From an uncultured Thermotogae bacterium (GTDB lineage: Bacteria; Bipolaricaulota; Bipolaricaulia; UBA7950; UBA9294), in contig CAZKFV010000101.1 of NCBI GenBank assembly GCA_964552295.1, positions 2,401-66,400 on the forward strand: a stretch of 64,000 nt of DNA. Direction: 5' to 3'. The notes beneath the pieces were generated by a model that saw only the letters and a list, made by a program, of their open reading frames with translations, was not told where the DNA came from and did not search any database. This document shows, piece after piece, positions 9,424 to 19,673 of this stretch (its first letter is position 1; every line of letters begins with the position of its first letter). The position numbers and the translations under genes were made by a program.

Positions 9424-10419
9424 TTATTGATTTCCTTCTTTCAAGCGCGGCACACCCATATCTAGGGCGGCTTCTGCTACATTAAACGCATAGTCCCTGA
9501 CTCGTAATAAGCTGCTGAAAATTATTCCCAGGCTAAGCGCATTATGTCCAACCTTCGGCAGCTGTGCCTCTTCTTCCCATTTGCACGTCCGCTCACGCTC
9601 GCTGAGGGCTTTATTAGCCTCGCCCAAGTCAGCCTTAAGGAATGCCTCAACGCTTTGGCAAACGATCCTTTCCGCATCATCCTTGAGAAGCTTGATGCGA
9701 GAAGCTATCTCCGGCTCTATCGATTCATCAAGTCCTGTTACAGAACGAGAGATTCTAACCGCATGATCGCCGATTCGCTCTAAGATCTTCGCTACGCCAT
9801 GGAATTCATGAAACATGAGCCGGCTCATTCCTATCTCTTGTTCCAGCAGAAGGTCACGCAGAAGCAGGCCAAGTTCTCGAGACATTACCCTGGTCAAGCG
9901 GTCAGCCTCTACGTCCCTCTCCACAACATCGTTTGCAAGCACACTATCACGAGCTAGAAATGCAGCCACAGAATCGTTTAGCATGGCCTGGGTAATAGCA
10001 AAGATTCTGCGAAGCGTCGCTTCTCCTGTGAAATCGCGCATGCTAACTATACAGTGAAGGATTATAGAATCCTGAGTTTCATCCATAATCTCTAACCCAA
10101 CTAGTGATTGAGCAGTCTGCCGCACTGCGCGCCGCTGGTCGGGAGAGATACGAGTCCCGTTAGTCTCTATTACGTCAAAGCCAGTAACGTAACAAGAGAT
10201 AATCGCGCGCTCTATCCATATCGGGTCCTTACCCTGCAAGGAAAGGCAGACCTTGTTTTCTGTTTTAAGGTCTTCCGGCATCAACAGCAAGCTTCCCGTC
10301 TGATTTTCGACCACTATTACCTCTGAGCCACGGTGAATACCAACCTCCGTTGCCCATGCCTTGGGAAGGGTCACAAAGTAGGTCCCGCCGCCTGTAACCT
10401 GCACGCTTCTGCTGTTCAT
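9424..10419 (-). CDS. AbrB/SpoVT-domain fused to tandem PhoU-like domains (PhoU-family regulator)
   Basis: The N-terminus VQVTGGGTYFVTLPKAWATEVGIHRGSEV is a SpoVT/AbrB swapped-hairpin motif. The C-terminal helical repeats carry ERIGDHAVRI, a PhoU-like signature. Confidence 0.7.
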   Translation of the reverse strand: MNSRSVQVTGGGTYFVTLPKAWATEVGIHRGSEVIVVENQTGSLLLMPEDLKTENKVCLSLQGKDPIWIERAIISCYVTGFDVIETNGTRISPDQRRAVRQTAQSLVGLEIMDETQDSIILHCIVSMRDFTGEATLRRIFAITQAMLNDSVAAFLARDSVLANDVVERDVEADRLTRVMSRELGLLLRDLLLEQEIGMSRLMFHEFHGVAKILERIGDHAVRISRSVTGLDESIEPEIASRIKLLKDDAERIVCQSVEAFLKADLGEANKALSERERTCKWEEEAQLPKVGHNALSLGIIFSSLLRVRDYAFNVAEAALDMGVPRLKEGNQ

Positions 10420-10487
10420 TATACCTCCCTAACCTGAGTATAGATCCCAAGAGATATATATACAAGACAGCGCAATATGCACTCGTC

Positions 10488-10515
10488 TTGCCAATATGCT
10501 CTTTATTCCTATAAT
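10488..10515 (+). promoter_or_regulatory. sigma70-like promoter for aspS
   Basis: TTGCCA (10488-10493), a 16-nt spacer, then TATAAT (10510-10515). It sits 35 nt upstream of ATG 10550. Confidence 0.45.
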
Positions 10516-10549
10516 CATGGGCATACTCGAAAAGCCAAAAGGAGATACT

Positions 10550-12304
10550 ATGAACAGAAGCCACTATTGTGCCCGCCTGTCAGCAAAAGACATCGGACAA
10601 CAGGTAACCCTGTGCGGTTGGGTAAAGCGACGGCGCGATTTGGGAAGGCTAACTTTCATTGATCTCCGTGATAGCTCAGGGGTGATACAGCTCATATATC
10701 CTGGTGATAATACCCAACTCGCCGAGGGACATACACTTAACCGAGAGGATGTGATAGCCGTTTCTGGCGTTGTTCGCCCTCGTAGCGAAGGAAATATAAA
10801 CGCAGATATGGCGACCGGTGAAATCGAGGTTGAAGTGCATGAAATGGAGATACTCAACCGTTCGTTAACTCCGCCCTTCTTGATAGAGGGGGATGGCTCG
10901 GACACTACGGAAGAAACCAGACTGCGCTATCGATACGTTGATCTTAGACGCTCAAGCATGCAACGAAACTTGCGCCTGCGCCATCGGGTTTTTCATGGCC
11001 TTCGAAGTTTCTTTACCGAGCAGGATTTCGTCGAGATAGAGACCCCTGTACTTACCAAATCCACACCAGAAGGCGCGCGTGATTTTCTAGTTCCCAGCAG
11101 AATGTCTCCTGGATCCTTCTATGCCCTACCGCAATCTCCCCAGTTGTTTAAACAGCTATTTATGATCGGAGGTATAGACCGCTATTTCCAACTAGTAAAG
11201 TGCTTCCGCGATGAGGATCTGCGCGCAGACCGCCAGCCTGAGTTCACACAGCTTGATCTAGAAGTCTCCTTTCCCGAAGGGAAGGACGAGATATTCTCGC
11301 TACTGGAGGGCGCCCTGCAGCGCGTATTCCAAGATCTGTTATCAATAGAGCTTTCAATACCATTTCCACGGATGACTCATGCAGAGGCACTTGCTCGCTA
11401 CGGATCGGACAAACCCGACCTGCGCTTTGCAATGGAGATACACGACATCTCAAAGATAGTCGGTCATTCTGGATTCCGCGTCTTTGCAGAAGCCGTGTCA
11501 AAGGGCGAAAAAGTAGCCGGAATCTGCGCTAAGGGATGCTCTGGTTACTCTCGTGCGCAAATTGATAGGTTGCAAGAGATAGCCATAGCAGCCGGAGCAA
11601 AAGGGATGTCATACATTAAGGTTCAAGAACAGGCCTCCTCCCCGCTTCTGAAGTTTGTAGAGCCAGGGATTATTGAATCGATCATCTCCTCCTTTGAAGC
11701 AGAGCGGGGTGATCTGATACTCATACTTTCCGGAGAAGGAGTCGAGCAAGGGCTTGGCGCTATTAGGCTGTCGATAGCCAGACAAGAGAAGCTTGCTGGG
11801 CAGGGCTGGAACTTCATCTGGATTACCGACTTTCCGCTTTTTGGCCTGGACGAGCAAGGCAATATTACCAGCGAACATCACCCATTTACCTCACCTCACG
11901 CAGAGGATTTACACCTTCTGGAGCAATCACCTCTAGCCGTAAGATCAAATGCCTACGATCTGGTCTTAAATGGGATGGAGATGGGAAGTGGGAGTATCCG
12001 TATCCACTCGCGCGCTATCCAAGAGAAGGTTCTAGGAATGCTGGGGATAACGCCGGAGAGCGCGGAGGCTAGGTTCGGCTTCTTTTTGCATGCCTTGGAC
12101 TACGGAGCGCCCCCGCATGGCGGATTTGCCTTGGGATTAGACCGGCTAGTTATGCTGATGGCCGGCGAGAAGTCACTGCGGGACGTAATCGCCTTTCCGA
12201 AAACCACTGCGGGGATCTGTCCGCTAACAGACGCTCCAATGCCAGTAGATGACACCCAACTGGAAGAACTGGGACTGGCCCGCAGAGGGAGAGATTTATC
12301 TTGA
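10550..12304 (+). CDS. aspS: aspartyl-tRNA synthetase
   Basis: Class II aaRS blocks: [30 protein letters not shown] (motif 2) and [12 protein letters not shown] (motif 3). SD AAAGGAG lies just upstream of ATG 10550. The ORF-track start at 10496 would add 18 improbable residues. Confidence 0.92.
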   Translation: MNRSHYCARLSAKDIGQQVTLCGWVKRRRDLGRLTFIDLRDSSGVIQLIYPGDNTQLAEGHTLNREDVIAVSGVVRPRSEGNINADMATGEIEVEVHEMEILNRSLTPPFLIEGDGSDTTEETRLRYRYVDLRRSSMQRNLRLRHRVFHGLRSFFTEQDFVEIETPVLTKSTPEGARDFLVPSRMSPGSFYALPQSPQLFKQLFMIGGIDRYFQLVKCFRDEDLRADRQPEFTQLDLEVSFPEGKDEIFSLLEGALQRVFQDLLSIELSIPFPRMTHAEALARYGSDKPDLRFAMEIHDISKIVGHSGFRVFAEAVSKGEKVAGICAKGCSGYSRAQIDRLQEIAIAAGAKGMSYIKVQEQASSPLLKFVEPGIIESIISSFEAERGDLILILSGEGVEQGLGAIRLSIARQEKLAGQGWNFIWITDFPLFGLDEQGNITSEHHPFTSPHAEDLHLLEQSPLAVRSNAYDLVLNGMEMGSGSIRIHSRAIQEKVLGMLGITPESAEARFGFFLHALDYGAPPHGGFALGLDRLVMLMAGEKSLRDVIAFPKTTAGICPLTDAPMPVDDTQLEELGLARRGRDLS

Positions 12305-12419
12305 AGCAAGCTACCCAACCAGATAAAGTCCAACAACTTGAGCTTATTATAGCCTTATCATAAGGATTAGCGCACGTTGAAGCGCGAAGTAATAGGGCGG
12401 ATAATTTCGTGGACTAGCC

Positions 12420-13328
12420 GTGAAAAAACCAGATAGCACACACATACGGAAGCTCATGTTGACCTTGGTGCTGATTGCCTTGGTCGCGGTTGTGTTCATT
12501 CTCGCTTCGGGAATAGATAGCGTAAGTCCCCTTGCTGGCAAGCGCCTTCCAAACCCATTTGCGGGCTTTGGAGACATCGCTCTATCAGAAAGCACTCAGG
12601 GATCGCCATGGGGAGCAAACACATTACGCATACTGATTCAGGCTCTCTTTGCTCTCGGAGCAGCAGCTGTTCTGCTTTTTGTCATCTTTTCAAGAGAGCA
12701 CAGGAAGCAGTTTGCTATTATTGCTGTTTTCCTGCTACTTATCACCTTGATCCTGGCCCAAGTGCGGGAGATTCCACAATCCCAACAACAAGTTCAATTG
12801 CAAAATGAGATGAATACAGAAATCGGACAGCCTCCACTTGTCGAGCAAGTGGAGATAGACATTCCAAAGGTCAATCCAACAAACTGGCAGTTGATAGTCA
12901 TAGCCCTTGGATCCTCATTGGTTCTAACCCTAGCTGGTTCCGTCTTCTTCATCAAGGTCTACCCGTTGCTTCGTTCACGTTCTTCGAATCGGATAAGTAT
13001 CTTAAACCAATTAGGCAAAAGCGCGGGCCTGGCTGCCCATCGAATAGTCACAGGTGATGATCCGCGGGCTGCTATTCTTCGATGCTATCAGGAAATGACA
13101 CAGATAGTAAGTAAACATGACGGGGTGCCCGACCACTCGTACTTCACCCCACGCGAGTTCGCCTCGCGCCTGAGCCAACGAGGGATGAACAACAAAGACG
13201 TTGACAGGTTGACCGCCATTTTTGAGGCTGTACGTTACGGTGGGCGGAGCGGAGCGGACTTTGTCAACGAAGCCATCTCTTGCCTACGATCAATTCATCG
13301 AACTCACGCACTGGGAGAGCCTGTATGA
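12420..13328 (+). CDS. membrane protein with C-terminal DUF4129-like domain
   Basis: GTG start and several TM segments. The C-terminus YFTPREFASRL...FEAVRYGGRS resembles the DUF4129 (transglutaminase-associated) signature. Confidence 0.6.
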   Translation: MKKPDSTHIRKLMLTLVLIALVAVVFILASGIDSVSPLAGKRLPNPFAGFGDIALSESTQGSPWGANTLRILIQALFALGAAAVLLFVIFSREHRKQFAIIAVFLLLITLILAQVREIPQSQQQVQLQNEMNTEIGQPPLVEQVEIDIPKVNPTNWQLIVIALGSSLVLTLAGSVFFIKVYPLLRSRSSNRISILNQLGKSAGLAAHRIVTGDDPRAAILRCYQEMTQIVSKHDGVPDHSYFTPREFASRLSQRGMNNKDVDRLTAIFEAVRYGGRSGADFVNEAISCLRSIHRTHALGEPV

Positions 13329-13915
13329 GACGCAAACCTAGGCTAGGGACTATCTTTATTGGCTTTGGTATCTTCATCAGCCTGACACTCGTCTTTGCTT
13401 TTCCATTAAGGACAATCTTCATGAGATCGATTGTCACTCCGCTCATAGATTCCATCCTGGTGCTGCGCTGGTACGTTCATCGATTACCACAGCTCATGCT
13501 ATGGATCATACTTATCATTGCTGGATCAATCATAGCAATGCGATTTCTAACAAGAGCATTTCCGTTTCCCAAGAGAAGAAAAACACAGCGATATAGCTTC
13601 TCCAAGCCTGATGCGAGAAGCGATCTCCAGCAGCTCTGCACACTGATTGATCGTAGCTCCCATCACACGTTTGCCCGCCGCAGAATCGCAAGCGAACTAG
13701 CACCTTTGTGTATACGGCTTATCGCTCACCGTGAGAGGCTGCTGCTAGGAGAGGCCAGCAAGCGCTTCAAGTCATTTCAATGGTGCGACGATGAGGCGGT
13801 GAAGACATTCTTTGATTTCCGCCAACCATATCACAGCATCAAGAAAGGAAAAGCTTTTCGCGCGAGGTTGGATCATGTTGTCTCTTTTCTCGAACGCTAT
13901 TACCAGGGGGTATAA
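13325..13915 (+). CDS. hypothetical membrane protein (2-3 TM + basic helical cytoplasmic domain)
   Basis: ATG 13325 overlaps the upstream stop as ATGA (13325-13328). The translation begins MRRKPRLGTIFIGFGIFISLTLVFAF.... The gene ends immediately before the MoxR ATG. Confidence 0.5.
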   Translation: MRRKPRLGTIFIGFGIFISLTLVFAFPLRTIFMRSIVTPLIDSILVLRWYVHRLPQLMLWIILIIAGSIIAMRFLTRAFPFPKRRKTQRYSFSKPDARSDLQQLCTLIDRSSHHTFARRRIASELAPLCIRLIAHRERLLLGEASKRFKSFQWCDDEAVKTFFDFRQPYHSIKKGKAFRARLDHVVSFLERYYQGV

Positions 13916-14866
13916 ATGGATATTGAAGCAACTGGTGAAAGAAGCCAGGCGATTATCGATGAAGTAAGCAAGGCAATCGTAGGTAAAGGTCCCCTTTTAA
14001 GCAAGGTGATGGTAGGCCTTCTTGCTGGGGCACATATCCTTTTTGAGGATTATCCAGGTCTTGCAAAGACGTTGATCGCTCGCAGCTTCGCTCAGGTACT
14101 GGGAATGGATTTTAAGCGCATCCAATTCACCCCTGACTTACTTCCAAGCGATATAACCGGTTCACATGTATTCGATCGCGAGACAGAGGAATTCACCCTT
14201 ACCGTTGGCCCTATATTTGCCAACATAATCCTTGCCGACGAGATCAACCGCGCTACGCCAAAGACACAGTCAGCACTACTAGAGGCAATGCAGGAATCGC
14301 AAGTAACAATAGACGGCGAAACCCATCCCCTTCCACTACCATTTATAGTCATAGCTACTCAGAACCCAATCGAATACGAGGGCACCTTTCCTCTGCCAGA
14401 AGCCCAGCTGGATCGTTTTATGGTTCGCCTCTCGGTGGGATATCCAAATAAAGACGAGGAAGTAGAGATATTAAGAAGAAGGCGAGAAAGAAAATCCGAC
14501 GAGATAAGGCTGACTCCCATCGCTAGTGCTGCCACTTTGCTGGAAATGCGTGCTTGCGTTGAAGAGATCTTCGTCGAGCCGGACATAGAGAGATACATAG
14601 TTTCAATCGTTGAAAGAACACGCACCGATAATGAAGTCTACGTAGGCTCCAGTCCTCGCGGATCTCTTGCCCTTCTGAAGCTCGCGCGGGCTCAGGCAGC
14701 CCTTTCTGGAAGAGACTTCGTCTTGCCCGATGATGTGAAGGAGTTTGCAGGACCAGCGTTGGCGCACCGCTTGATCCTCAATCCGGATCTTTGGTCAAAG
14801 AGGGTAACCGCAGCCGATATCATAGAAAGGATACTTCGACTTGTGCCCGTGCCAAAGGTAGACTAA
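13916..14866 (+). CDS. MoxR-family AAA+ ATPase
   Basis: AAA_3/MoxR blocks: YPGLAKT (Walker A-like), ILADEINRATPKTQSALLEAMQE (Walker B/sensor) and FIVIATQNPIEYEGTFPLPEAQLDRF. Confidence 0.9.
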   Translation: MDIEATGERSQAIIDEVSKAIVGKGPLLSKVMVGLLAGAHILFEDYPGLAKTLIARSFAQVLGMDFKRIQFTPDLLPSDITGSHVFDRETEEFTLTVGPIFANIILADEINRATPKTQSALLEAMQESQVTIDGETHPLPLPFIVIATQNPIEYEGTFPLPEAQLDRFMVRLSVGYPNKDEEVEILRRRRERKSDEIRLTPIASAATLLEMRACVEEIFVEPDIERYIVSIVERTRTDNEVYVGSSPRGSLALLKLARAQAALSGRDFVLPDDVKEFAGPALAHRLILNPDLWSKRVTAADIIERILRLVPVPKVD

Positions 14867-14868
14867 GC

Positions 14869-16152
14869 GTGTCCGGTTCTGGAAAGATTGGTACCATATT
14901 GACAATCGCCATAATGCTCTTGATTTTTGGCGTTGTTATAAGAGACGGAAGGGTCTTGAGCATAACTATCCCGTTCTTTCTATACGCTGGGGTCGCTCTG
15001 TTGAGCGCCGGTAAGGCTCGTGCGCCAGACATTATTCTTAGCAGAAAGCTAAGCACAGCCAGAACAACAGAAGGAGAAACGGTTGAAGTCGTAGTCACCC
15101 TAGAAAATACCGGCCCCCCGATCCCCTGGATTGGGGTAGTTGACCATATTCCATCTGAACTGTTAATTAAACAAGGTACAACTAGGCACTTCGCTAAGCT
15201 TGATGCAGGTGAGAAGACCACCTTTTTTTACACGTTGCGAGTTCCAAGAGGCTTGCATACGCTTGCGGGTGCAGACATAACCACGTGGCAGAAGACAACC
15301 CTAGTACCAAAACACGAGTTTCTTACAAGCAGTACAGACATCCTTGCTATTCCCATAGCGGAGCCAATAGGTGACATTGAAATAAGGCCAGAGCGTACGC
15401 GAGCCTACGCGGGGCTAGTCCGGGCAAGCATGGGAGGAAGCGGAATAGATTTCTTTGGATGCCACGCATACTCAAGCGGTGATGACATCCGTCGCATAAA
15501 CTGGCGGGCCTACGCGCGAACCCGCAAACTGATAGTCAATGAGTATGAACAAGAGAGGATCGCAGACATCACAATATTCCTTGACGCGCGGGAAAGAGCC
15601 AACCCAATCGTGGGAGAGAAGACAACATTTACGTACTCAGTTCGCGCTGCAGCGTCTATGTCAAGTTATTTCATCAAAAAAGGTAACAACGTTGGCTTGT
15701 TCATCTACGGTGAATACATGAACTGGACCTTTCCTGGGTATGGCAAGAATCAGCTAAGGAGAATCCTAGATTCACTAGCATTAGCCCAGACAGCCAATAA
15801 AGACGTCTTTGATGACCTCCAGGCTGTTCCAACTCGGCTCTTCCCGCCACGTTCGCAGCTGGTGATGATATCTGGATCTCTAGACGAGCACGATGTAGAG
15901 ATCATAGGAGTACTACGCGCCCGTGGCTACAGAATTATTATGATCATACCAGATATGCTTAGTTGCAAGGCACAACAGATCCCTACGACCCAGGAAAGCA
16001 CCTTGGCGCTACGCATCGTCAACCTTCGCCGTAGGCTGATAGTGGACGCTCTTGCCCGAATCGGGGTGGAAGTAGTTCAGTGGAACACTGCCTACTCATT
16101 GGCATCAGTTACTTCCTGGATCCTATCCAGACAGGGGCGCAGACTAGCATGA
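14869..16152 (+). CDS. DUF58 domain protein (MoxR partner, vWA-like fold)
   Basis: GTG 14869 lies 2 nt after the MoxR stop. N-terminal TM pair. Signature FFGCHAYSSGDDIRRINWRAYARTRKLIVNEYEQER...ITIFLDA. Confidence 0.85.
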   Translation: MSGSGKIGTILTIAIMLLIFGVVIRDGRVLSITIPFFLYAGVALLSAGKARAPDIILSRKLSTARTTEGETVEVVVTLENTGPPIPWIGVVDHIPSELLIKQGTTRHFAKLDAGEKTTFFYTLRVPRGLHTLAGADITTWQKTTLVPKHEFLTSSTDILAIPIAEPIGDIEIRPERTRAYAGLVRASMGGSGIDFFGCHAYSSGDDIRRINWRAYARTRKLIVNEYEQERIADITIFLDARERANPIVGEKTTFTYSVRAAASMSSYFIKKGNNVGLFIYGEYMNWTFPGYGKNQLRRILDSLALAQTANKDVFDDLQAVPTRLFPPRSQLVMISGSLDEHDVEIIGVLRARGYRIIMIIPDMLSCKAQQIPTTQESTLALRIVNLRRRLIVDALARIGVEVVQWNTAYSLASVTSWILSRQGRRLA

Positions 16153-16643
16153 GAAAGCTAGCAATGATATTTTCCATATCAAGCGCAGCGTTGATCGCCT
16201 TTACGTCCGCAAAGGCAGAATCTATTCCCCTTATGATTGGGGCAATCGCTTTTGGACTAGCTTGGATCATTGTTGTATCAATGGATGCCTCACCAGTAAA
16301 CATAAGCATGCTTTTAGCTGCAGAAACTGCTATCGCCTGTCTGAATATACTTTATGGGGCGTCTTTTTATCTGACAGGCTTAGCAATCGGTCTTTTCATC
16401 ATATCGTGGGATCTAGCCTTAACTGCCAGGACAATCGCAGGCTTATCATCAACTAACAGAAGACGCTTTTGCATCCATCACTTCATTCAGATAGCGACTA
16501 TCTCAGCGCTAGGATTTGGGTTTCTTATCATACCGAATCAGATTGAAATGACCATTGGTTTCCGAACCGCCCTTGGACTGAGCATGGCAGCATTGATGCT
16601 TGCCTGTCTTCTACTTAAGCTCATTACCAATAGAACCTCTTAG
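16149..16643 (+). CDS. hypothetical polytopic membrane protein
   Basis: ATG 16149 overlaps the DUF58 stop as ATGA (16149-16152). About 5 hydrophobic segments and no recognisable motif. Confidence 0.5.
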   Translation: MRKLAMIFSISSAALIAFTSAKAESIPLMIGAIAFGLAWIIVVSMDASPVNISMLLAAETAIACLNILYGASFYLTGLAIGLFIISWDLALTARTIAGLSSTNRRRFCIHHFIQIATISALGFGFLIIPNQIEMTIGFRTALGLSMAALMLACLLLKLITNRTS

Positions 16644-16689
16644 TGCAGACAGTTTCAATATTCGGTATCAAGCTTACTAGCATCTTGCA

Positions 16690-16728
16690 GTCAACAAAAG
16701 AAAACGGGCGATCGTAATGACCGCCCGT
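16690..16728 (-). terminator. intrinsic terminator of the minus-strand surface-protein operon
   Basis: On the minus strand, acgggcggtc/gatcgcccgt forms a 10-bp stem with 1 mismatch (16704-16728). It is followed by TTTTCTTTTGTTG. It lies between the convergent stops at 16643 and 16745. Confidence 0.55.
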
Positions 16729-16744
16729 GTGATCACATAAAGAT

Positions 16745-17428
16745 TTATTGGAAAATGACAGCATCTCCACTTATCGATACCTTAACTCGCCCATTGGAGT
16801 AACCGCTGATTGTGCCACCTAACGAAGGCGACCCCCTGCCAGCAGAGGGATAGAGGAAGTAAGATACTATCCATGTCTCCCCTGCCTGCATCGGATTCAT
16901 CCACAGTATCTGTAGGTTCTGTCCTTCTTTCTTGGTCACTGCATCCCCAATATCTAGTATCTCCCATTGCCAACCAACAGGAATCGTTTCCTCAAGCCCT
17001 ACTGCCTTTATTTCGTCGTATGCGCTAACGGCGATCTCCACCAAAACTGAACCATTCTTATCTGGCGTTACCTCGCGTACCGCAAAGAGAGAGCTGTCTC
17101 CCACGTAAAGTCCCTTCTTACATGTAGTGTAACGACCTCCGCCTTCATTTACCCTAAGGGTAACAACAACAAAACCGTCCTTGTAGAACGCGTGCTCAAC
17201 GGTAGGCTGCGGTGTAGAAACGTCGTAAACTCCATCCCCATCGAAATCCCAATCATAGCTTACAGCATCATTTGACAAACTGTCCTGGCATACCGTAAAA
17301 CTGATGTCTTCTCCAACCTCTGGATTATAAGTGGCTGGCGAATAGTCCACAGCTCCAGCCTGCGCGGTTATGCCAAACAAGGCCATCACACCAGCAGCAA
17401 CGAGGAGCAACTTAAACCTATTATTCAT
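16745..17428 (-). CDS. secreted protein: PKD domain + unassigned 'GW' beta-module
   Basis: Signal peptide MNNRFKLLLVAAGVMALFGITAQA. PKD signature YDWDFDGDGVYD. The C-terminal ~110 aa carry GLEETIPVGW, shared with the two upstream large proteins. Confidence 0.7.
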   Translation of the reverse strand: MNNRFKLLLVAAGVMALFGITAQAGAVDYSPATYNPEVGEDISFTVCQDSLSNDAVSYDWDFDGDGVYDVSTPQPTVEHAFYKDGFVVVTLRVNEGGGRYTTCKKGLYVGDSSLFAVREVTPDKNGSVLVEIAVSAYDEIKAVGLEETIPVGWQWEILDIGDAVTKKEGQNLQILWMNPMQAGETWIVSYFLYPSAGRGSPSLGGTISGYSNGRVKVSISGDAVIFQ

Positions 17429-17478
17429 TTTCCCCTCCTAAAATCTCAGTTCTAGACCACGAAGCACATCCAAAAAAG

Positions 17479-19641
17479 CTAGAAAAGCGGATCATGCACC
17501 GAGGCATCAATCAACCAATAGGCGATTAGATCGCGGATGTCGTCAAGTGTGACAATTTCTTCTGCCGTGTAAGCTACCGGCTGTGTGCTTAACCACAGCG
17601 AAACCGCATACTGGATTTGCTCGAACGAAATCTGCTCTGGCAAGCAAAGATCGATATCTTCCCCCTCAATGTTCCAACGCGAGATAACAACTCTTATTGG
17701 AAGGCGTGATTTAAGTGTAATCTTGTCCTCGCCTGTGATCACCTCGGACAATCGCGGAGACGAGCTTCGCACAACACCGCTTAGGGTACCCTCAACGGGC
17801 TCATCACAGGCTGCGGGCGCAGTAAGGGTATATTCAATAACCCGTGTGTCGCCCGGCTCAAGCGTCTCCATGAATAGCCAGTCAATTGTGTCCCTACGTA
17901 ATGTGGCAGTAGCATTATCTTTTTCAGTGAACGTCCATCCGTCCGGTATGTTCTCATGCATGGTCAGACCATGTATTAGTGTGTTTGCGGTAAGCGTTAT
18001 TCGTACCTTAACAGCGGCACCGGCAATGGTTTCATCCCCGGGAATACAAGTATCTATATCCCTTAGCGCGGTAAGGCTCTTGATAACGTTTAGAGTCTTA
18101 CTCAAGACGTCGCTTTCGCCTTCATTGTCAGTTACCTTTAAATTGACCGTGGTTTCACGCGCCTCAACAAATGTGTGTCGTATGTCTGAGGAGGCTCCAT
18201 CGATCTCAAACACCCCATCACCGTCCAAATCCCACGCATATGAGACTATGCTCCCATCCGCGTCGTACGATCCACTAGCGTCAAGAACCGTGGAAACAGC
18301 AACACGGGGATCGGCAGGATCCGTATCAAACAAAGCAGTAGGCGAAGAGTTCTTCACCACAATTTGCTTAATGGCAGGCGCAGATACTCTACCATCATTG
18401 TCTGTCACCACAAGCCTCACGGTGTAACTACCGCTACAGGAATAGCTGTGTTTCGCGTGCTGAACATCCGAGGTGCTTCCATCTCCGAAGCTCCATTCCC
18501 ATGAGACAATCTCTCCATCGGCATCCTCTGATTGATCAGTGAATACGATCGCATCCGTCGTGCTCGCTTTGGTCGGTGAATACGAAAAGCAGGCCTCAGG
18601 CGGTGATGGCGGGGCAGGTGGTACAATGGCCATAAATGAGCTGCCTGAAACATCGAGCTTGCCGCTGGTTCCACGAAATGTCACGTAAGAAACGCTCGTC
18701 GCGCCTACGTCTGTTGATAATTTCCCCTTGCGCGTTGCCTGAACCGCAATATCGGCTTTCCACTCTCTTCCCAATTCAATGTCCCCAATCTCGAATGTTA
18801 GGCTTGTGGTCCCATCAGCGTTTGCAATTACGCGGGTAGCAGCTGGAATAGATCCCAGATAACTTACACCACTTGGAAGCACCTTGTTTAGGACCACGCT
18901 AGTGCCCGGCGCACTTACAGCAAGCAAGTCGTGTATTCTTGGTATAGTGGAACTGATAGGACGGCTGAAGAATCCTCCGTCAGTCTCCGTAGCAAAGCCC
19001 TGCAGTAGATTGCTGTCCATTAGATATCCAATCCCGACCGAAATAATCCGGATACCAGCTTGGCTGGACAAATCACCTTCTTCCGCCGGATCACGACCAA
19101 CATTGCTCTGTCCGTCAACCAGTAGAATTTCTGTTAGAATTGCATCCGGCCTGCTGTTACTAGTTAGCTCCAGACGAGCAACCTCTAGGGCGTCACCAAA
19201 AGCAGATTTACCACCGGTTTCCATATTCGCAATTGCTTGCTTCACTTCAAGCTTACTGTAACTGAGAGGCACAACAAGTTGCGCCGACGTGGAAAAGGAA
19301 ACCACGCCGACACGATCTTCTTCAGACAGTGAATCAATTAGATCGAAAGCAAATTCTTGGGCCTTAGAAATCTGCGCAGTGGCAGATAAATCTATAACGA
19401 TCACACAGTCGATAGGGTACCGCACGTCGCCACTGCCTCCACCAACCGACAGGCTAATCGTTGCCGTGTCCGGCATCCCCGTTCCGGCAACGTATATCTC
19501 CTGCGGACTTATGGACTGCCTAACCTCCAGGTGAGCCGCCCCGTCAGCAAGGGCTGGTACCGTGAACAGCACAAGTACCAGTAATAGCCCGGCGAGGGGT
19601 CTCCCCCTCGCCGTTGCTCTACTCTTCCTATTTTGTCTCAT
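17479..19641 (-). CDS. secreted vWA-domain protein with 2 PKD repeats, 'GW' module and C-terminal 'WL' module
   Basis: Signal anchor GLLLVLVLFTVPALA. vWA/MIDAS-like VIVIDLSAT...LLVDGQSN. PKD repeats WEWSFGDGS and YAWDLDGDG. GW module at aa 521-645 and WL module at aa 646-720. Confidence 0.75.
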   Translation of the reverse strand: MRQNRKSRATARGRPLAGLLLVLVLFTVPALADGAAHLEVRQSISPQEIYVAGTGMPDTATISLSVGGGSGDVRYPIDCVIVIDLSATAQISKAQEFAFDLIDSLSEEDRVGVVSFSTSAQLVVPLSYSKLEVKQAIANMETGGKSAFGDALEVARLELTSNSRPDAILTEILLVDGQSNVGRDPAEEGDLSSQAGIRIISVGIGYLMDSNLLQGFATETDGGFFSRPISSTIPRIHDLLAVSAPGTSVVLNKVLPSGVSYLGSIPAATRVIANADGTTSLTFEIGDIELGREWKADIAVQATRKGKLSTDVGATSVSYVTFRGTSGKLDVSGSSFMAIVPPAPPSPPEACFSYSPTKASTTDAIVFTDQSEDADGEIVSWEWSFGDGSTSDVQHAKHSYSCSGSYTVRLVVTDNDGRVSAPAIKQIVVKNSSPTALFDTDPADPRVAVSTVLDASGSYDADGSIVSYAWDLDGDGVFEIDGASSDIRHTFVEARETTVNLKVTDNEGESDVLSKTLNVIKSLTALRDIDTCIPGDETIAGAAVKVRITLTANTLIHGLTMHENIPDGWTFTEKDNATATLRRDTIDWLFMETLEPGDTRVIEYTLTAPAACDEPVEGTLSGVVRSSSPRLSEVITGEDKITLKSRLPIRVVISRWNIEGEDIDLCLPEQISFEQIQYAVSLWLSTQPVAYTAEEIVTLDDIRDLIAYWLIDASVHDPLF

Positions 19642-19673
19642 ACGTTACCGTCTCCTAGTCCAAGATAGACCCA

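Noticed and set aside
14791-14868. N-terminal extensions offered by the ORF track for several genes: DUF58 (14791), yicC (24146), the YjjX-like gene (53768), cmk (29573), the liv binding protein (46039), aspS (10496) and the membrane ORFs at 13280 and 16080.
   Set aside because: The extensions overlap the preceding or antisense gene and lack an SD. Each is superseded by an internal start with an SD or an ATGA/GTG coupling that matches the family N-terminus.
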